63,514 bases of DNA, filler included, from Rhabdomonas costata (GCA_019059605.1; 50 parts of 50 records of this genome joined end to end with filler, not necessarily neighbours in it); one strand, 5' to 3'. Positions 1 through 13,779 are shown, counted from the whole stretch's first letter. Notes: generated from the letters alone by a model not told the origin. A program made the numbers and translations.

Positions 1-1173
1 GGTGGTGGGTTGTAGTAGGGGCACTGTATTGAGGCGGCCTTCTCCTTCTTTTCGAACTCTGTCATTAAGGATATAAAAGCGGCTGTGAAAAAGCTCGTTA
101 AAAACCTGGTTTCACATATGGGTCTCGTAAAATGGTGTGAATTGCAGCACAACACTTTCGGACTGCGCGCAGAAGAACACAATGGGATGAAGTTAAGGAG
201 AGTATCACAGAGCTTTACGGTGATTGTTGGGACCGCAATTTCACCACTGACATGACGATTACTGCCGATCCACGCAATGTGTAATGTGCCTTGTTTGAGC
301 AGGCGCTTGTGTTCAGGTTCGAATTCCTGGCCGAGCCTGCCAGCTCTCCTCATCGGAACCACGGGCGGTTTAATCATTTAAGTTCACCTTCATATCGGTA
401 TTCGGAACAGCCACAAAACGGAAGAACACAGACAACGTGTACTCTCTTCTTTTTGCACGCCTACTTCGCCATGAAATTCCCTGAAGTACCAACCCGCCTT
501 TTCCATCCATAAAGCTCTAAGGTGTTGAGCCTCTGGTCCCTGAGGACGTCTCGGGGTGCGCCCAATGGGACTGAGCACAGCGAAATCCATTGAACAGACA
601 TCCGAATGTGAGAGCAGCAATCTGGATACACTGTTTCAAGGGAAGATGCGGTGGTTCTGGCATTATTGGGCTTGACACCGTACTTCAGGAGTGAATGCGT
701 TCGTACAGACTCCAATATTTGACTAGCGTATATCCACTCAACATTTGACCAGCGTTGTCCTGAATCACTGGACCACTGGATACAGTCGTCGCCAAGCATT
801 TCCCTGGCCTCAAGAAGGCACCCCACCACCATCACTTTCTATCAAGGCAAAAACCATCGCAAGCAGCGGACGCAAAGAGCGGGTTCAAAGGTTTACGTGC
901 AATGCAAAACCTCTTGGGTTTCACCGAAACATGATCAATAGCACGAGGAAGAGCAAAGAACCACAACAGCACAACAACAGTGAACCCAGAAACATTGATT
1001 ATACACACAAAACACACTTTCGCGCGCAGTGCTCTGGATCTCGCCGGTCCCGACATGAGGCGCCGTGCCTGCATGGCGGAAGTTTCGTTCCCTGTACAGT
1101 GGCACTAGCATTTCCTGAAGACAAGTGCGTGAATCTCGCACAGTGGCCAGGGTCATCAATGTCCCACAAAAAA

Positions 1174-1273
1174 NNNNNNNNNNNNNNNNNNNNNNNNNNN
1201 NNNNNNNNNNNNNNNNNTTAATTAATTAANNNNNNNNNNNNNNNNNNNNNNNNNNNNNNNNNNNNNNNNNNNN
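1174..1273. other. Artificial contig-joining linker (first of 49; recurs about every 1272 nt)
   Basis: 44 N + TTAATTAATTAA (stops in all six frames) + 44 N, identical at every junction; the sequences on either side are unrelated. Confidence 0.99.
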
Positions 1274-3259
1274 GTGGTGGGTGTGTTTGGGTGTTTTTGT
1301 GCCCTGGCTTGCAACTCGGGCTGCGAGTACATGGGAGACATCAACAGTTGCAAATCCCACGCTGCCGAGCTGCAAGCCAGGGCACAAAAAAGGCAATGCC
1401 CGGTCGAGCAGACCCAGACGAGAGTGACATTGTTGGTGGGAACTCGTTTCTTGCTGTTTGCTGGGCTTTTGCCAAAAAGTTGGATAAGTTGTATAGAATT
1501 ATTTACGGCCGTACATGTGAGGTGGACCGTTGTCCTGGGAGGGGGGGTATTTTTCCGTCCTTTGTGGCGACGCGTAAAAGCGAAGCCCTGGTTTCCAAGG
1601 GGGACCGGGTTCCCCTGGTTTCCTCCTTACACAACACCTCATAACGGCGTTATGCCGGGTTTCCCTCCCTCCAATTTACCGACCCCGATGGAAAGGCACC
1701 TGCCGGTTCAGCGCAGCGACCTCGCACAGCAGCTCGGCCTTGGCCTCGCGCAGCTCCGCCACCCCGGCCCAGGGGTCGGCCTGCCAGCGTGGGAACCAAA
1801 CCGGGCACAGCCGGGCCACCTCGTCCTCATGAGAGGCCCAGTACCGAGCAAGGGCTCGGGCCAGGAGGACAGCGGCAGCCTGCACAAAGCGCCAGAAAGC
1901 GAGGTTTCTGCAAAGCGTAAAGGTGAAGTCAGTTAACAAACTCAACAAAAGAACGAAACCACGCAAGGGATACAAAGGCCTCCCGCCCTTCCCAAGCCCA
2001 GCCCAGCCCAGCCCATTCCATAATCCTATTGTTTTCTACGGGTGTCCACGAGCATTTTACCAACAACATGCGTACCTGGGTGGTAGCGAGGTCCCACAGG
2101 TCCCATGGGTGTCAACACAATCACCAGTGAATATATAATCCAATGCAAAGAACTCACGGGAGAGAGAAGGGCAATGGGGATGGGGCTCTTCAGACCCCGA
2201 CAATATTGCACTAGCAACTCAGCGTGGAGGCTGCAGTCGTAAACCAGCTGCCTCCACCGGCCTAGCTCCCTTTTTCTGTGATAAATCACACCTTCCCCCC
2301 TAAAATTTTTAATGAAACCGAGGCCAGTTGAAAAAAGCGACCGAGCATGAAACCACAATACAGATAACCAGCATTGGTAAATCCGTATACAAGCACTGGG
2401 ATCCCAAAATGAAAAGGAAGCGTCCACGCGAACGGACACCGCCCCNNNNNNNNNNNNNNNNNNNNNNNNNNNNNNNNNNNNNNNNNNNNTTAATTAATTA
2501 ANNNNNNNNNNNNNNNNNNNNNNNNNNNNNNNNNNNNNNNNNNNNGGTTGTGGGGTACAACGTTTGGGTTTGGGTTAGGGGGGCACCTGTCCACGTAATG
2601 GCAGGATAGGAAGTGGTAGCATCAGTGGAGCTCGTGGTGATAAAAGTCGTGGTGGGATGGTAGCCACGGTGACGGCGTTGCACCGGAAGGGCACGAACTC
2701 CGCCGTGGAGTTGAGCACCACAGACTCATTCCTCAAAACAGACTGCGCTGGGACCTGAGGCACGCAACCGCACCACATGGTTCCCGAGTTCTGTCATTGT
2801 GACTTCCCCCCTTGCAAGCTTCTGTGCACCTTCGATTATGAGTGGTTTTTTTTGCCATAGGGCCACTGTGGCTGTACACTGTGGCTGTACAATCCGGGCT
2901 CATGAGTGGCCAGTTACCCTGAAGAGCTGGGCCTGCTTTGTCTCGCTTTATGGGTTATGCCATCACTGCTGCCAGGGCTGCGCCGCCTCTGAGGAACGAT
3001 ACCCTGTGCATGTTGGGCGCATGTGTGCCTGTGTGTGATTGAGCCACAGCCTGACGCACAATGAAGGTGGAAGGTGGAACGGCTACTTGGAGGAGACACA
3101 TGGGGTGGGGTGGGGGGAGAATGTGGGTGCATGGGTTCAAGAGACTGGAGGAGAAGGACCCATATTTGCCATAACAGACTCTGGATGGTGAGGAAAAACC
3201 GCGCGCCTGGGTGGGGTTCCTAATTAACGTGGAAAAATGGGCTGCGCACCAGAAGAGCG

Positions 3260-3505
3260 GCCTGGAGGGTGGGTGCCAGTGGTTGCACTTTCGTGACGAT
3301 CACTGAGGCAGTGTCCCCGCCCTCCGTGGCCGAAATCACGGTCACTGTGAACGTGAACGAGCCCCACGGCAGGGAGTCTGCAGGGATCACCATCGGCTCG
3401 CTCTGGCTCGCCGTGGCTGCGGCCACCGCGGCAGCAAGAGCGGAGCTCACCACAGAGGGCGAGACAGCCTTCACCGACCACCGAAGGGTGTTTTTGGCTG
3501 AGACG
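3260..3505 (-). CDS. Exon of a possible REJ/PKD-like beta-sandwich surface protein
   Basis: MVIPADSLPWGSFTFTVTVISATEGGDTASVIVTK resembles the REJ-type pattern 'xIPxxxL..G.YTFTVTV....ASVxV'. Weak match; exon limits are approximate. Confidence 0.35.
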
Positions 3506-5419
3506 GAGAGACAGGCGAGCAAGATACACGATGGTGGGCATGAGGGAGTGATTCAAAGTTTTCCCAGCAAGCAGCGGGAAGGATGGGTGAGGGTAACAGA
3601 AACAATACGGAGAAATCATTGGAGCCATTGGAGCCATTAAAGCGGAAACTCATTTTAAGGAAGAAGTGGGTCCACAAAACATAGTTCAGTCCTGATCGAA
3701 CAAGACCTCGCCCAANNNNNNNNNNNNNNNNNNNNNNNNNNNNNNNNNNNNNNNNNNNNTTAATTAATTAANNNNNNNNNNNNNNNNNNNNNNNNNNNNN
3801 NNNNNNNNNNNNNNNGTTCACGCTTCAGTTCGTTCCGAGATTTATTGCTTAAGTGGTTCGGTGGCCATTCCTTTTGTTCGTGAGATAGCCAGTCTTTTGT
3901 CCTCTCTGCACACCGTTTAATTTTCTCTCTGTCAAACGTCACTGCCATTCACGGGCCGTTACAAAAACTGAGGACGGGGTTTATCCCGTGCTTGGTGCTG
4001 CCCAAGGCTTCGATTTTGTTGACCTGCACCCATGGTTACCTCCACGGATCTTGTTGTTTGTTGCCTTTCCATTCTTGCTACTTCCATGAAGAGGGACACT
4101 GTTTTGTGGATGGGCGGGTTAACGGTGTCATTTGGAGCTTACCGCAGGAATTTGACATGCTGATTGCAGGGCGAAACACCTTCACCGTTGGTACCTTCCA
4201 CACCGAGCCTGTCGTTCTCTCGGGATGATGGCGGATACTTGGATTCTTTGAAGACTTTACCAGGACGGACATCAGGGGGCCTAAGGGGGCCTACGGTGCC
4301 ACCTGTCTAGCACCTGGGAGGGGGGCTTCCCTGGTTTGCCTGCTGCTGCTGGGCAAATGGGGACGAAAGTGTGGTGGCCTAGCCTACTCTGCCCTTCTTC
4401 CTCCCACCTAAAAGCAAAAGCACCAAACGCAGCACAGCACCACCGCACCCACACACAGTGCAGCAACAAGGTCCAGCACTACAGCAGTTCTTGCACGCAG
4501 CCTGCTGCGGCTTGATCGTCATGGTTCTCTTCTTTTCCCTGTTTTTGCCCTGCCATGTGCCCGCAGGAATGGTCTGGGTATGGTTGCAGATTCGATTCCC
4601 AGACCAGGCCGGGGCGGCCACGCCCAGGCGAGTAGCCCGTCTTGGCTTTGGCCACCGGTTTACAGCCCATCCGGGCGGAGGCACCCATGGATGAGAATGT
4701 CCGACTCTTTTTAGGGGGGCCGACATTGCCGTGCATTTTGCCCGTAAAACGCCGGTACCCGAGCGGATATTCCGCCGTCGCGCAAAGGACCAATTACTTC
4801 CAAACGAGTTAATCCATTTCACCCGCCGGAACACGTTCCGCCCTCTTACCGGATCCATTTTTTTCAGACCACCATCAGGCTTTTTCCGATATTGGGAAAA
4901 CTTCAGAACTGAGAGCTGCGCTCTTCCGCACTGGCTAATCAAACTCTGCTTCCACGTGTCACGGAGTGATGTCTGGTACCACCACAACNNNNNNNNNNNN
5001 NNNNNNNNNNNNNNNNNNNNNNNNNNNNNNNNTTAATTAATTAANNNNNNNNNNNNNNNNNNNNNNNNNNNNNNNNNNNNNNNNNNNNGGGGGGGGGTTT
5101 CTAATTCACGTGAACCATATTTTTGCCAGGGCTTTTCTCTTGCTGCCATCTTGGTGCGGTTGACGGGGTTGACCTCCGTAGTTTCTCTCGGATGTTATAA
5201 CCACCCATTGCATCCGTCATGTGTATGTTAATGGTTACCCTTTTCCTATTTTACGCGGTCGATCCAACATTAATCCAACATTACAGCGGTTTGTTAATGC
5301 ATTGCAAAGTTGCTTGGAGATAGCAAGTCGGTTGGACGCCGTGGTTTTTACATCAGTGTCAGTGCGAAAAGCTCAGGGGGACGCCCGCAGGTTTGAGTTT
5401 TCTTCGGTGCCTTCCTAAG

Positions 5420-5544
5420 GTGCCGTTGAGCACGTCCAGGGTCCGGGTCGACGTATTCCATTCCTTTGTGGAGGATTTTGCGCCGAACCATGGACTGTGC
5501 TCGGTGGGCGTCCCCTACTTTAACGTGGACGCCACTGTGAATCT
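5420..5544 (+). CDS. 125-nt internal exon of an unidentified multicopy gene family
   Basis: aag|exon|gtatgg; encodes VPLSTSRVRVDVFHSFVEDFAPNHGLCSVGVPYFNVDATVN; paralogous to the exon at 36212-36336. Confidence 0.7.
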
Positions 5545-6715
5545 GTATGGCCAGCCCAGTCCCCCCGAAGCTCAACCGCCTTCCTCCAAAGCTTTGGCTA
5601 GCGCTGAAACACCATCCGCTCCAATATTGAAGACAGCTGGCTTCTATTGGTTAAACTCCTCAGCGAAACTGGTCTTCCGTTGAGTTAAGTCAACATCGCG
5701 GGTTTTTTTTGGCAGAAGAGCGATAATTCGAGAATGGTTATCACGGCGCTGCAGCACAGGCACATTTTGTAACGGCTGTGATTCGGTGCAGAACAGACAA
5801 TTTACAAGCAGAAAGCCAGAAAAGAGTGTGATGACTCCAAGAGAAGCCCGTAAGCTGTCCCTCTGTCTCCTCTGCCTGCCTGATTCCCGCGTGCGCTTTT
5901 TATGGATTTGGGGCACAGAGAGGTCTGCATCTGCATCACGATAGAGGCTCTCATCCGTTTCCTCTGTATATTCTTCCTTCTTCCTTGTTCCTTCATTGGA
6001 TTCGAACGTTGATTCAAATTTCGGTGCCTCGAGAAGCCTTGGCCAAGTGGCATCACCTCCGCTCCCCATTCTGGGGTTCCGTCTGTTTGGTACCCCCACC
6101 CTACACACAATCCACACACACACACCATCCAGCGGCCTGGATAATGTGTGTGTGGGTCACCAAAGAGCTTAAACCCCCCATGCTGTCTTCTCCCGCCGCA
6201 TTTGCACGAAGGGTGAAATCCTTCCTGAGGTTCGACCAAACAACCCACACACACCCAACACNNNNNNNNNNNNNNNNNNNNNNNNNNNNNNNNNNNNNNN
6301 NNNNNTTAATTAATTAANNNNNNNNNNNNNNNNNNNNNNNNNNNNNNNNNNNNNNNNNNNNCTGTGTCCTTCAGAGTGACTGCGAAAAATCCCCCTCCTC
6401 TCCTCTCCTCGTTCACCCGCTCAGAATATGCGGTAGTTATTTCTGTCTTTGGTTCGCATATTTTTCCTCAGCAGGTTTTTGAGCTGTGCAGTGGCAGTAT
6501 CACCCTAACACAATGTTGTCACGGATTGTTGCACGTCAGCTGAAGCGGGTGCCCACAAGCCGGGCGATGCTGTTTGGGCTGCAATTCAGGTGCCCCCCCC
6601 TACCGTGGATGTTTTTCCACCATGGCTGATGCCCTCTTCTTCCTGCTCTCCTTTCGGGACTTCGTTCTGGCAGGTCAGACTTAGTATTTTTTTCCCTCAT
6701 TTTTTTTTCGCGAGC

Positions 6716-7468
6716 ATGCTGAGGAATAGGTTGGCAGCGGTGGGTCGGCAGTGGAGTTTCACTCGTCCGGTTTCTGCATTAGGTGGGCGCAGATGCGGGA
6801 CAGTGTTAGCATTTTTCGGGGGGGGACATTCTAGTACAGCCCGTCTTTCTGCTGCACAGCAAGTCCGTGTGGCCGAAACACATCCCAACACGTGCTGTAA
6901 TTACTCTTATTGATTTTTCGCAAGAGGGTGTGGCAGAGTCTCCGCCGCACGACATAACGACGGAGAGCCCATCTGAAACCCTTCTGGGGTTGTTTTTATG
7001 TTGTGTCTTGGCTTGTTGCATGTTTCTTTTCTTTTCTATTCTTTTTTTTTTCCAGATTCTACGCACGCCCTCCGTCCAACTTCAAGAATCTTGTGGAGCT
7101 CCAGCAGAAGTCATGCAAAGACTTCGCGAAGAAGCCATGCTTTGGCACCAGGTCAGGGGACGTGTTCAAGTGGATCACGTACGCGGAGTTCGGGCAGATG
7201 GTGTGCCTCACTTGCCTGCACCTTGTTTTTTTGGAGTGGGTCGGACCCGTGAGGCATTTTGAAGGTCCTGTTTGTTGTGGTTGGACAGGTGGACAACATC
7301 CGCGGGGGCCTTGCGGCGGCCGGGGTGAAGACGCACGACGCCGTTGCTGTGATTGCAAACAACCGGGTGGAGTGGGCGGCGGTGGCGTACGCTGCGCACG
7401 GGCTGGGGGCGCACATTGTGCCGATGTACGAGGTGCAGAAGCCCAGCGAGTGGCACCACATCGTGAAG
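6716..7468 (+). CDS. Long-chain acyl-CoA synthetase (AMP-binding family), N-terminal exons; probable mitochondrial presequence
   Basis: Exons 7056-7200 (KKPCFGTRSGDVFKWITYAEFGQM) and 7289-7468 (VDNIRGGLAAAGVKTHDAVAVIANNRVEWAAVAYAAHGLGAHIVPMYE) have GT-AG borders. ATG at 6716 follows a polypyrimidine tract plus AG and starts an Arg-rich MLRNR peptide. Confidence 0.9.
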
Positions 7469-8029
7469 GTGAGCGGGCTCTTTTCGCAAGCGGGTGCGCT
7501 GGTGGTTGCGGTTGCGATGGCGCGGCTGTTGGTGNNNNNNNNNNNNNNNNNNNNNNNNNNNNNNNNNNNNNNNNNNNNTTAATTAATTAANNNNNNNNNN
7601 NNNNNNNNNNNNNNNNNNNNNNNNNNNNNNNNNNTGTTGTTGGGTGGGACCGCAATAACACGAAAACACAAGCACCCAAAGCATACAATAGCACGGGCGA
7701 AAGCCTTGAAGCAAAAAGGACAGCCCACAAACCCGGGAAGGGGCAGCGAAGCACACAACGAATCAAAAGGGAACTCGAAAACCTGCAAGGACTCGAAAAC
7801 CTTCAAAGACTGAAGCTATGCATCGCAAGAGCGAGAATGGTACAGGACAGTGCATTTAAATAAACAGTGCATTTAATTAATTAATTAAAAATAATACTAG
7901 TACATCACTCACTGTGGCGATGGGATCCGCAGTCGACGAACACACACCCAGGAGCCGTCACAAGAACGCGTTGGGTGAGGTGTGAGGCACTGGTTTGGCC
8001 TCTCACGGCGGCAGCAATGAAGACTGCAG

Positions 8030-8289
8030 TGTGCCGCGACACCACTTGCCGCCAGCTCCCCGCTCACGGCACAGCACAGAAGCAACTCCGACTTGCGCAG
8101 AAGACTAGCCAGCTCCGTGCCCCTGCCTAAGTCCCAATTGCCATCCCCCCTGGCGGTGAGTATCCTCCGCCCAAGGGCGTCGGCAAACACCGCCTGAGTG
8201 AACCCCTGGTGGTGCACGTGGAGGACCATTCCCCGCTGCCCGCACCGGAGGTCCCATAGGAACGCACTTGCCTCCTCTGCAGACAGCAC
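8030..8289 (-). CDS. WD40-repeat-like exon (degenerate)
   Basis: VLSAEEASAFLWDLRCGQRGMVLHVHHQGFTQAVFADALGRRILTARGDGNWDL has two WD-ending repeat units; cag acceptor at 8290. Confidence 0.55.
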
Positions 8290-11200
8290 CTGTGGGGCAG
8301 AGAACGTTTCTGTGACACCAGTCCAACATGCGTCACCCGAACTGATGTTATGGTGATTTGCGGGATGGAAGCGGGGGCTGGAGTTCATTGCTTTCTTCAG
8401 CTCGGGAGTAATGAGAAACGAATTCCGCTTCTGTGGCTGAAAGGAAGTTATCTGAGGCGCAAGACCCCATCTGCTATCCACTTTCACTCCTGCGCAGTTG
8501 CTGAGAGATGCCAGGCATGATGTTTCGTTCACAGACTTCAAGAATGCTTTCACTCAGGGGTGAAGTACACCGAGCGCAAAAAATGACCCATGTCAAAAGG
8601 AAATCTTAAAAAAAAGTAGCGTGTGGCACAAAAAAAAACAACAACAAGGAAACTCGGGCACTTCCAATGCACGACCTGCACACATGGTTTACTTTTTGAG
8701 GCAATTTTGCCGTTTCCAAACCCTCTGCAAGCCCAAATCAAGGCTTTTCGTAGGGGCTAAAAAACAAAAAGCGGGCAACACCACCACCTTTTCTGAACCT
8801 TACGACNNNNNNNNNNNNNNNNNNNNNNNNNNNNNNNNNNNNNNNNNNNNTTAATTAATTAANNNNNNNNNNNNNNNNNNNNNNNNNNNNNNNNNNNNNN
8901 NNNNNNTTGTGGTGGGCGGGAAGAGAAAAGGGGCGAGGTGAGAGATATAAATGTGTGGGTTTGGTGGAAAAGGAGAGGAACGTGCGAAATTTCAGTTTGC
9001 TGCGCAAACTTATTAAATATTAATTTAATGATATTCAAAAGGCATAACTGCCATAAGGCAAAGCAAGAGGTACACGGTACATCAAAGAATTTGTCAGGAC
9101 ACACCACAATAGTGTAATGAAGGGATCAGCATAATCAGGGAGGTTCTGGCGCCACTGGACTTGGGTGGACTCGCACCTTGTCCCATAAGCACATCCTGAC
9201 AAACTCCCCACTCAGAACAGCAACTCCCCACGCAGAGTTGCGCTTTTGTGCTTCGTACTTTCCTGACAGAACGTTGAAAGCTGCCGTTGTGTTCTGCGTG
9301 GCAGTGTTGACCGTGGAGTACGGTGACGCGATCATTCAAGCGCGTCCGGTACATGTCATTAACTGCCATTAACTTTCCTGCGTTTGTCATGGCTTGAGCT
9401 CCCCGTCGGTCCGCTTCCACGGCTAATTCGTTTTAGGGAGTATGTTCTTTCTCCCCTCGAAGTATATTTTGGCTCGACCGTGTGAAGCATGTCAACGAAG
9501 CGTTGTAACCATCACGCCAACGCCAGCCCAGCTTGGTGTCTACCCTCCTCTCTATTCATTTCCCGTTGGCCTCAAGATGAGAGCACAACCACGAAATCCC
9601 AACTTCCTGACGGCGTCCAAAGTCCACCCATTACGCATACAACGCAAAATCAAACCCCTACTGAGCGGTTGGTGGAAGTAACGGTAACGGTGAGGCACGG
9701 GCGTTGTTAGGTGGTTGATCAACCGCATATCCGATCTCAGAAAATAGCCTGAAGAAAATGGGCACCGCGTTAAAAACACCGCGCTTCCTCTTGATGATTC
9801 AAATGTTGAGGAAGACCACGTCCTGCGGCTGTTTCACGTGCTTCAGCTTGGAAAGGAGACCGATCCAACCCAGGAGGAGTGAAATGCCACCCATCTTCAT
9901 TGTGAGGTGCACCAGCGTCGCGTTATCGTCAGCCATCGCTGTGAAGCATGCTTTTGTCAGGACCGTAGACAAGCATAAATCCCGATTGCACTTGTGGGTG
10001 GGTGAGCACGTTGATTTATGGCGGTTGCAGGTTTGCGGTGAACCAGATTTCATGGCTCAACGTGCTCACCCCCCCACACNNNNNNNNNNNNNNNNNNNNN
10101 NNNNNNNNNNNNNNNNNNNNNNNTTAATTAATTAANNNNNNNNNNNNNNNNNNNNNNNNNNNNNNNNNNNNNNNNNNNNTGTGGTGGGTGTGTTTGGGGG
10201 GTTGTGTAAGGCGAGGGAGCAGAGCGTGACAGCACGGAGGACAAGTTAAGCTGGTCAAAGAATGGAGCTTCGGTCACACCAGCGTGAGTTCATTTCATTG
10301 CAAGGCATTGCGCAAAACACAAACAATCAATTATGCACACGCAAACTAAGCGCCAAATTCAAATACAAAAAGATGGACCATGAGCCATGGACTCACAAAA
10401 AACAGTCACCGGCAAACAGCGGAAAAACAATCCCGGGCAAATTTGGCACGTTGGATGGCGTGGTTGTTTCAGCAGGACCACCTCAATCGCTCAACTCCGA
10501 AGGCTTGTAAGTAAGACTCTCATGTGATTCTGTGGGTGCGGGCTGGAGGAAGGGAGGAAACCACATCCGAAGCAGCCCGCCTCTGTGCCAGCGAGGACCC
10601 CCCAGAGACCGCTGGGAAGCCGTCCCATTCTTAGCTGTGAAGAGGCACACGGCCGCATGGCACGAGAAAACACGATTGACCTCCCATTCTCCCACACAAT
10701 GAAAATCGGCTAAATCACGGGGTGATGCCACTCGAACACCAACCACAATTCCCTTTTACATCTGGGTGCTATCATGAAAGGTCATGGCGGAAGCTGCGTA
10801 GGTGAGATTTGCCTAACCCGCTGCTGATCCGCGGGGAGGGTCTTGAAAAGGGAGGTTTTTGAAAAGGTTTTACCCCTGCACCTCCTCCCCTGAGGATGTA
10901 ATGGGCTGCGCTGCCTATGGAACTATCTCGCTTCGCGGTTGTTTGAGGGGAGCGGTGGTACGCCGCAACAATACCCAATAATGGACACAAAGCCACACCG
11001 TGCTTCGCAACCACCCTCCCCAACTGAGCACAAACTGCCCTTTACCCTTTCCAGACCTCTCCAACGCAGTCCCTCATAAGCATCGGCCCCACCGCTGCTG
11101 TTGAACAAACTCAAAAATCCTCTCACATAAATCACACTCACGGCCACACCCCATCTCTTTGAAACTTCTCTCGTAGCCACCATATTCCCACCATATTAAG

Positions 11201-11746
11201 AGTTAAGTCCCCACCTCTGCTGTTCACACACCTCAGTGGAGCAAAATTCACCAAAATTTGGAACCGTGCAAACTCAGAAACTAATGCCAATCAGCAATTC
11301 GAAGCGTCTGGATGGACAGTAATAACCTACTGATTCTAGTCCCCACCCAAAANNNNNNNNNNNNNNNNNNNNNNNNNNNNNNNNNNNNNNNNNNNNTTAA
11401 TTAATTAANNNNNNNNNNNNNNNNNNNNNNNNNNNNNNNNNNNNNNNNNNNNGGTGGGGGTTTTCATTTTGTTGGATCTGTTCCGGCGGTGTTCCGACGG
11501 TGGACAGGAGGATCTGCAGGCACCTGTCACTCTCAGGCAGGATGCCTCGAAACCAGTGTTCCCTGGGGGATTCACAACACTTTTGTCACTTGCTTCTGAG
11601 TTTGCAACATTCTGAAAACGCTGCATATCCCGGGTTGAGGTTGTAGCAGGGTGCACCTAACGAACCAGAAGGGAGAAGTGGTCCATTCCAACTGGAAGGA
11701 ACTTTCCTTTTTTTCTGCTCTTTTCTTCGTTTGTTGTTTGTTTCAG

Positions 11747-11981
11747 GAGCAAGGACCGCAAGCGCAACCGAGACAGGTCTAGCCGTAGCCCTGTAAAAGC
11801 AGTCCGACACTCGAGGGAGCGGGACCGTGACAAAGAGCGCGACAGGGACAAGGACCGAAAGAAGAAGAGAGAGGACAGCTCTTCTCCTCCCAGGAAGCCA
11901 GCGCGTCGCTCACCTTCCGAACCCAGCGATGAGACGCGGGGCGCTCCCAAAGCCACCCAGAAGATGGTGGATGAGATGGAA
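11747..11981 (+). CDS. RS/RD-rich low-complexity exon (splicing-factor-like)
   Basis: SKDRKRNRDRSSRSPVKAVRHSRERDRDKERDRDKDRKKKREDSSSPPRK; tttcag acceptor and gtttgt donor. Confidence 0.6.
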
Positions 11982-12854
11982 GTTTGTGGTGCATGCTTCG
12001 GTTCCCTTGAAATCGGAACTTTTTGTTGCTTGACCCGATTTGACTCTCCTTCTGAACAGCATATTTAGGGTTGTGACATCGCCCCCAAACGCGACATACT
12101 TGCTTGGCTGGGTGTTTGTTCTTGTCCCTAACGTTTACGGCTCCCAACGACCTGTCACCACCACCTTTACGGATCTCATGACGCCCTAAACCTAAATCTT
12201 ATATTAAATCTAAACAAGCACAACTGTCCCGTATAACCTGGTTAATTCTGGTGCATGCGAACTCCATCAAAACCACTTCAGTTTCGTGTAGCTTCATCAG
12301 ACAGCATCTATTCAGAAAGTTAACCATCCCCACTTATGAACTTGTGACAGCGAACTTGGAATGGTTGGCGTTGAATTGAAATGAGCGTAAGTCACCCTCA
12401 CATTTGAACGTTGAGGTCGGCGCAATCGTGCATCTGCTTAAGATGTTTTTCAACCCATTTGTGGGCACGCTCTCCCACCTTCACCAGGACCGCATTGACG
12501 GCATCCAGGATGTGTACGGCTTGTGCACTGTCATGGGAACGCTGTCCACCACAGCCATTACTGACTCCCGCTATACGTCCGAGCACAAGGCCTCCTTCTT
12601 TATGTCGTTCATTCGCAAAACCACCNNNNNNNNNNNNNNNNNNNNNNNNNNNNNNNNNNNNNNNNNNNNTTAATTAATTAANNNNNNNNNNNNNNNNNNN
12701 NNNNNNNNNNNNNNNNNNNNNNNNNTCAACTGATGGAGTTGCTCCCAGAGGGGCGATGTTGTCCTGCCTGGCAGTAGGTTCCGGGTTCTCGGGTGACAGT
12801 GGGTCGAGTGAATAGATGGGAGACCGAAGACGATTGTGCCTTCCACTTGCATAG

Positions 12855-13779
12855 GCTCAGGACGCCGCGCAGGCTGGTGGAGTGGCGCAGCGGCAGGCTG
12901 CGGAGCAGGCCGAGGAGCTGCGGTGGGCGGCCCGCCTGAAGGCTCGCGAGGAGGAGAAAGAGACTCTGGAGCGAGAGATCCGCGAGCTCAAGGAGGTGTG
13001 TGGGGCCGGAGGGGGGGAGCTTGAGATTGAGAGAGATGCGACGCGGCGTTTAGATGTTGACAACACAACCAAAGAGATGAATCAGCAGAGGGTGAAGGGG
13101 GTGGAGTTGCCCGCCCGACCACACATCCAGGCATAACGAGTTTCTTTCATTGAATCGTTATGGTATAGTCTGTTTGCCTATAGTGCGGGTTTGCTTCTCT
13201 GAGATTATGCCATTGATTTGCCTCATCGTCATCCGTGTGTACGCGTTCCAGGATGCAAAGAAGCTTCGGGAGGCTGCCTTGAATGACGGGCACCAGTCGT
13301 CGTCGTCGCAGTGGCAGGTACGCCCCTGCTCACCACTATAACCTCTATGACCTCGCATCGTCCATTCGCAAAAATCCACGCACTCTTTTGTGTTTCCTCC
13401 TTCCCAAACTCGCTGCTCGCCTCGAATCGCTTTGTTGGGTGAGACCTTTTTCTGCCTTTCTTGCAATAAAATACTTCCTGCGAATGTTATTTCTGTATCA
13501 ATGCACAGTAATTCACTTGTGTGTTTGAGAAGAATGCGGGCTGCTTTCCAAATGGTTGCTTCTTTCCCGTTCGGAAGAGAAGCTGAGAGAGGAGCGCTTT
13601 TCTGCTCTGCTTTTTGGCGTTCTAAGTTGCACTCCTCCTTTTTTTTTTGACACAGTGGCAGCGGCCCTTGTCCGAGGAGGAGCTGCGGCGCCAGCAGCGG
13701 CAGTCAAACCTCCGAAAGGTTGCCGAGCTTGCACAGCGCAAGGCCGATGAGGCTCGCGTGGAGGGCTTGCGCCGTGAGG
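12855..13779 (+). CDS. Coiled-coil protein, three exons, function unknown
   Basis: E/R/K/A-rich exons (AEELRWAARLKAREEEKETLEREIRELKE; DAKKLREAALND; EEELRRQQRQSNLRKVAELAQRKADEARVE) bounded by AG/GT. Confidence 0.55.

Noticed and set aside
6700-6715. ATTTTTTTTTCG just before an ATG, resembling the 3' end of a euglenid spliced leader
   Set aside because: The upstream sequence does not match a leader, the same T-run+CG occurs in several non-coding tracts, and it fits an ordinary polypyrimidine acceptor.
7873-7888. TTAATTAATTAATTAA without flanking Ns, next to a short ACAGTGCATTTAA direct repeat
   Set aside because: AT-rich simple repeat in non-coding sequence; the match to the linker is probably coincidental.
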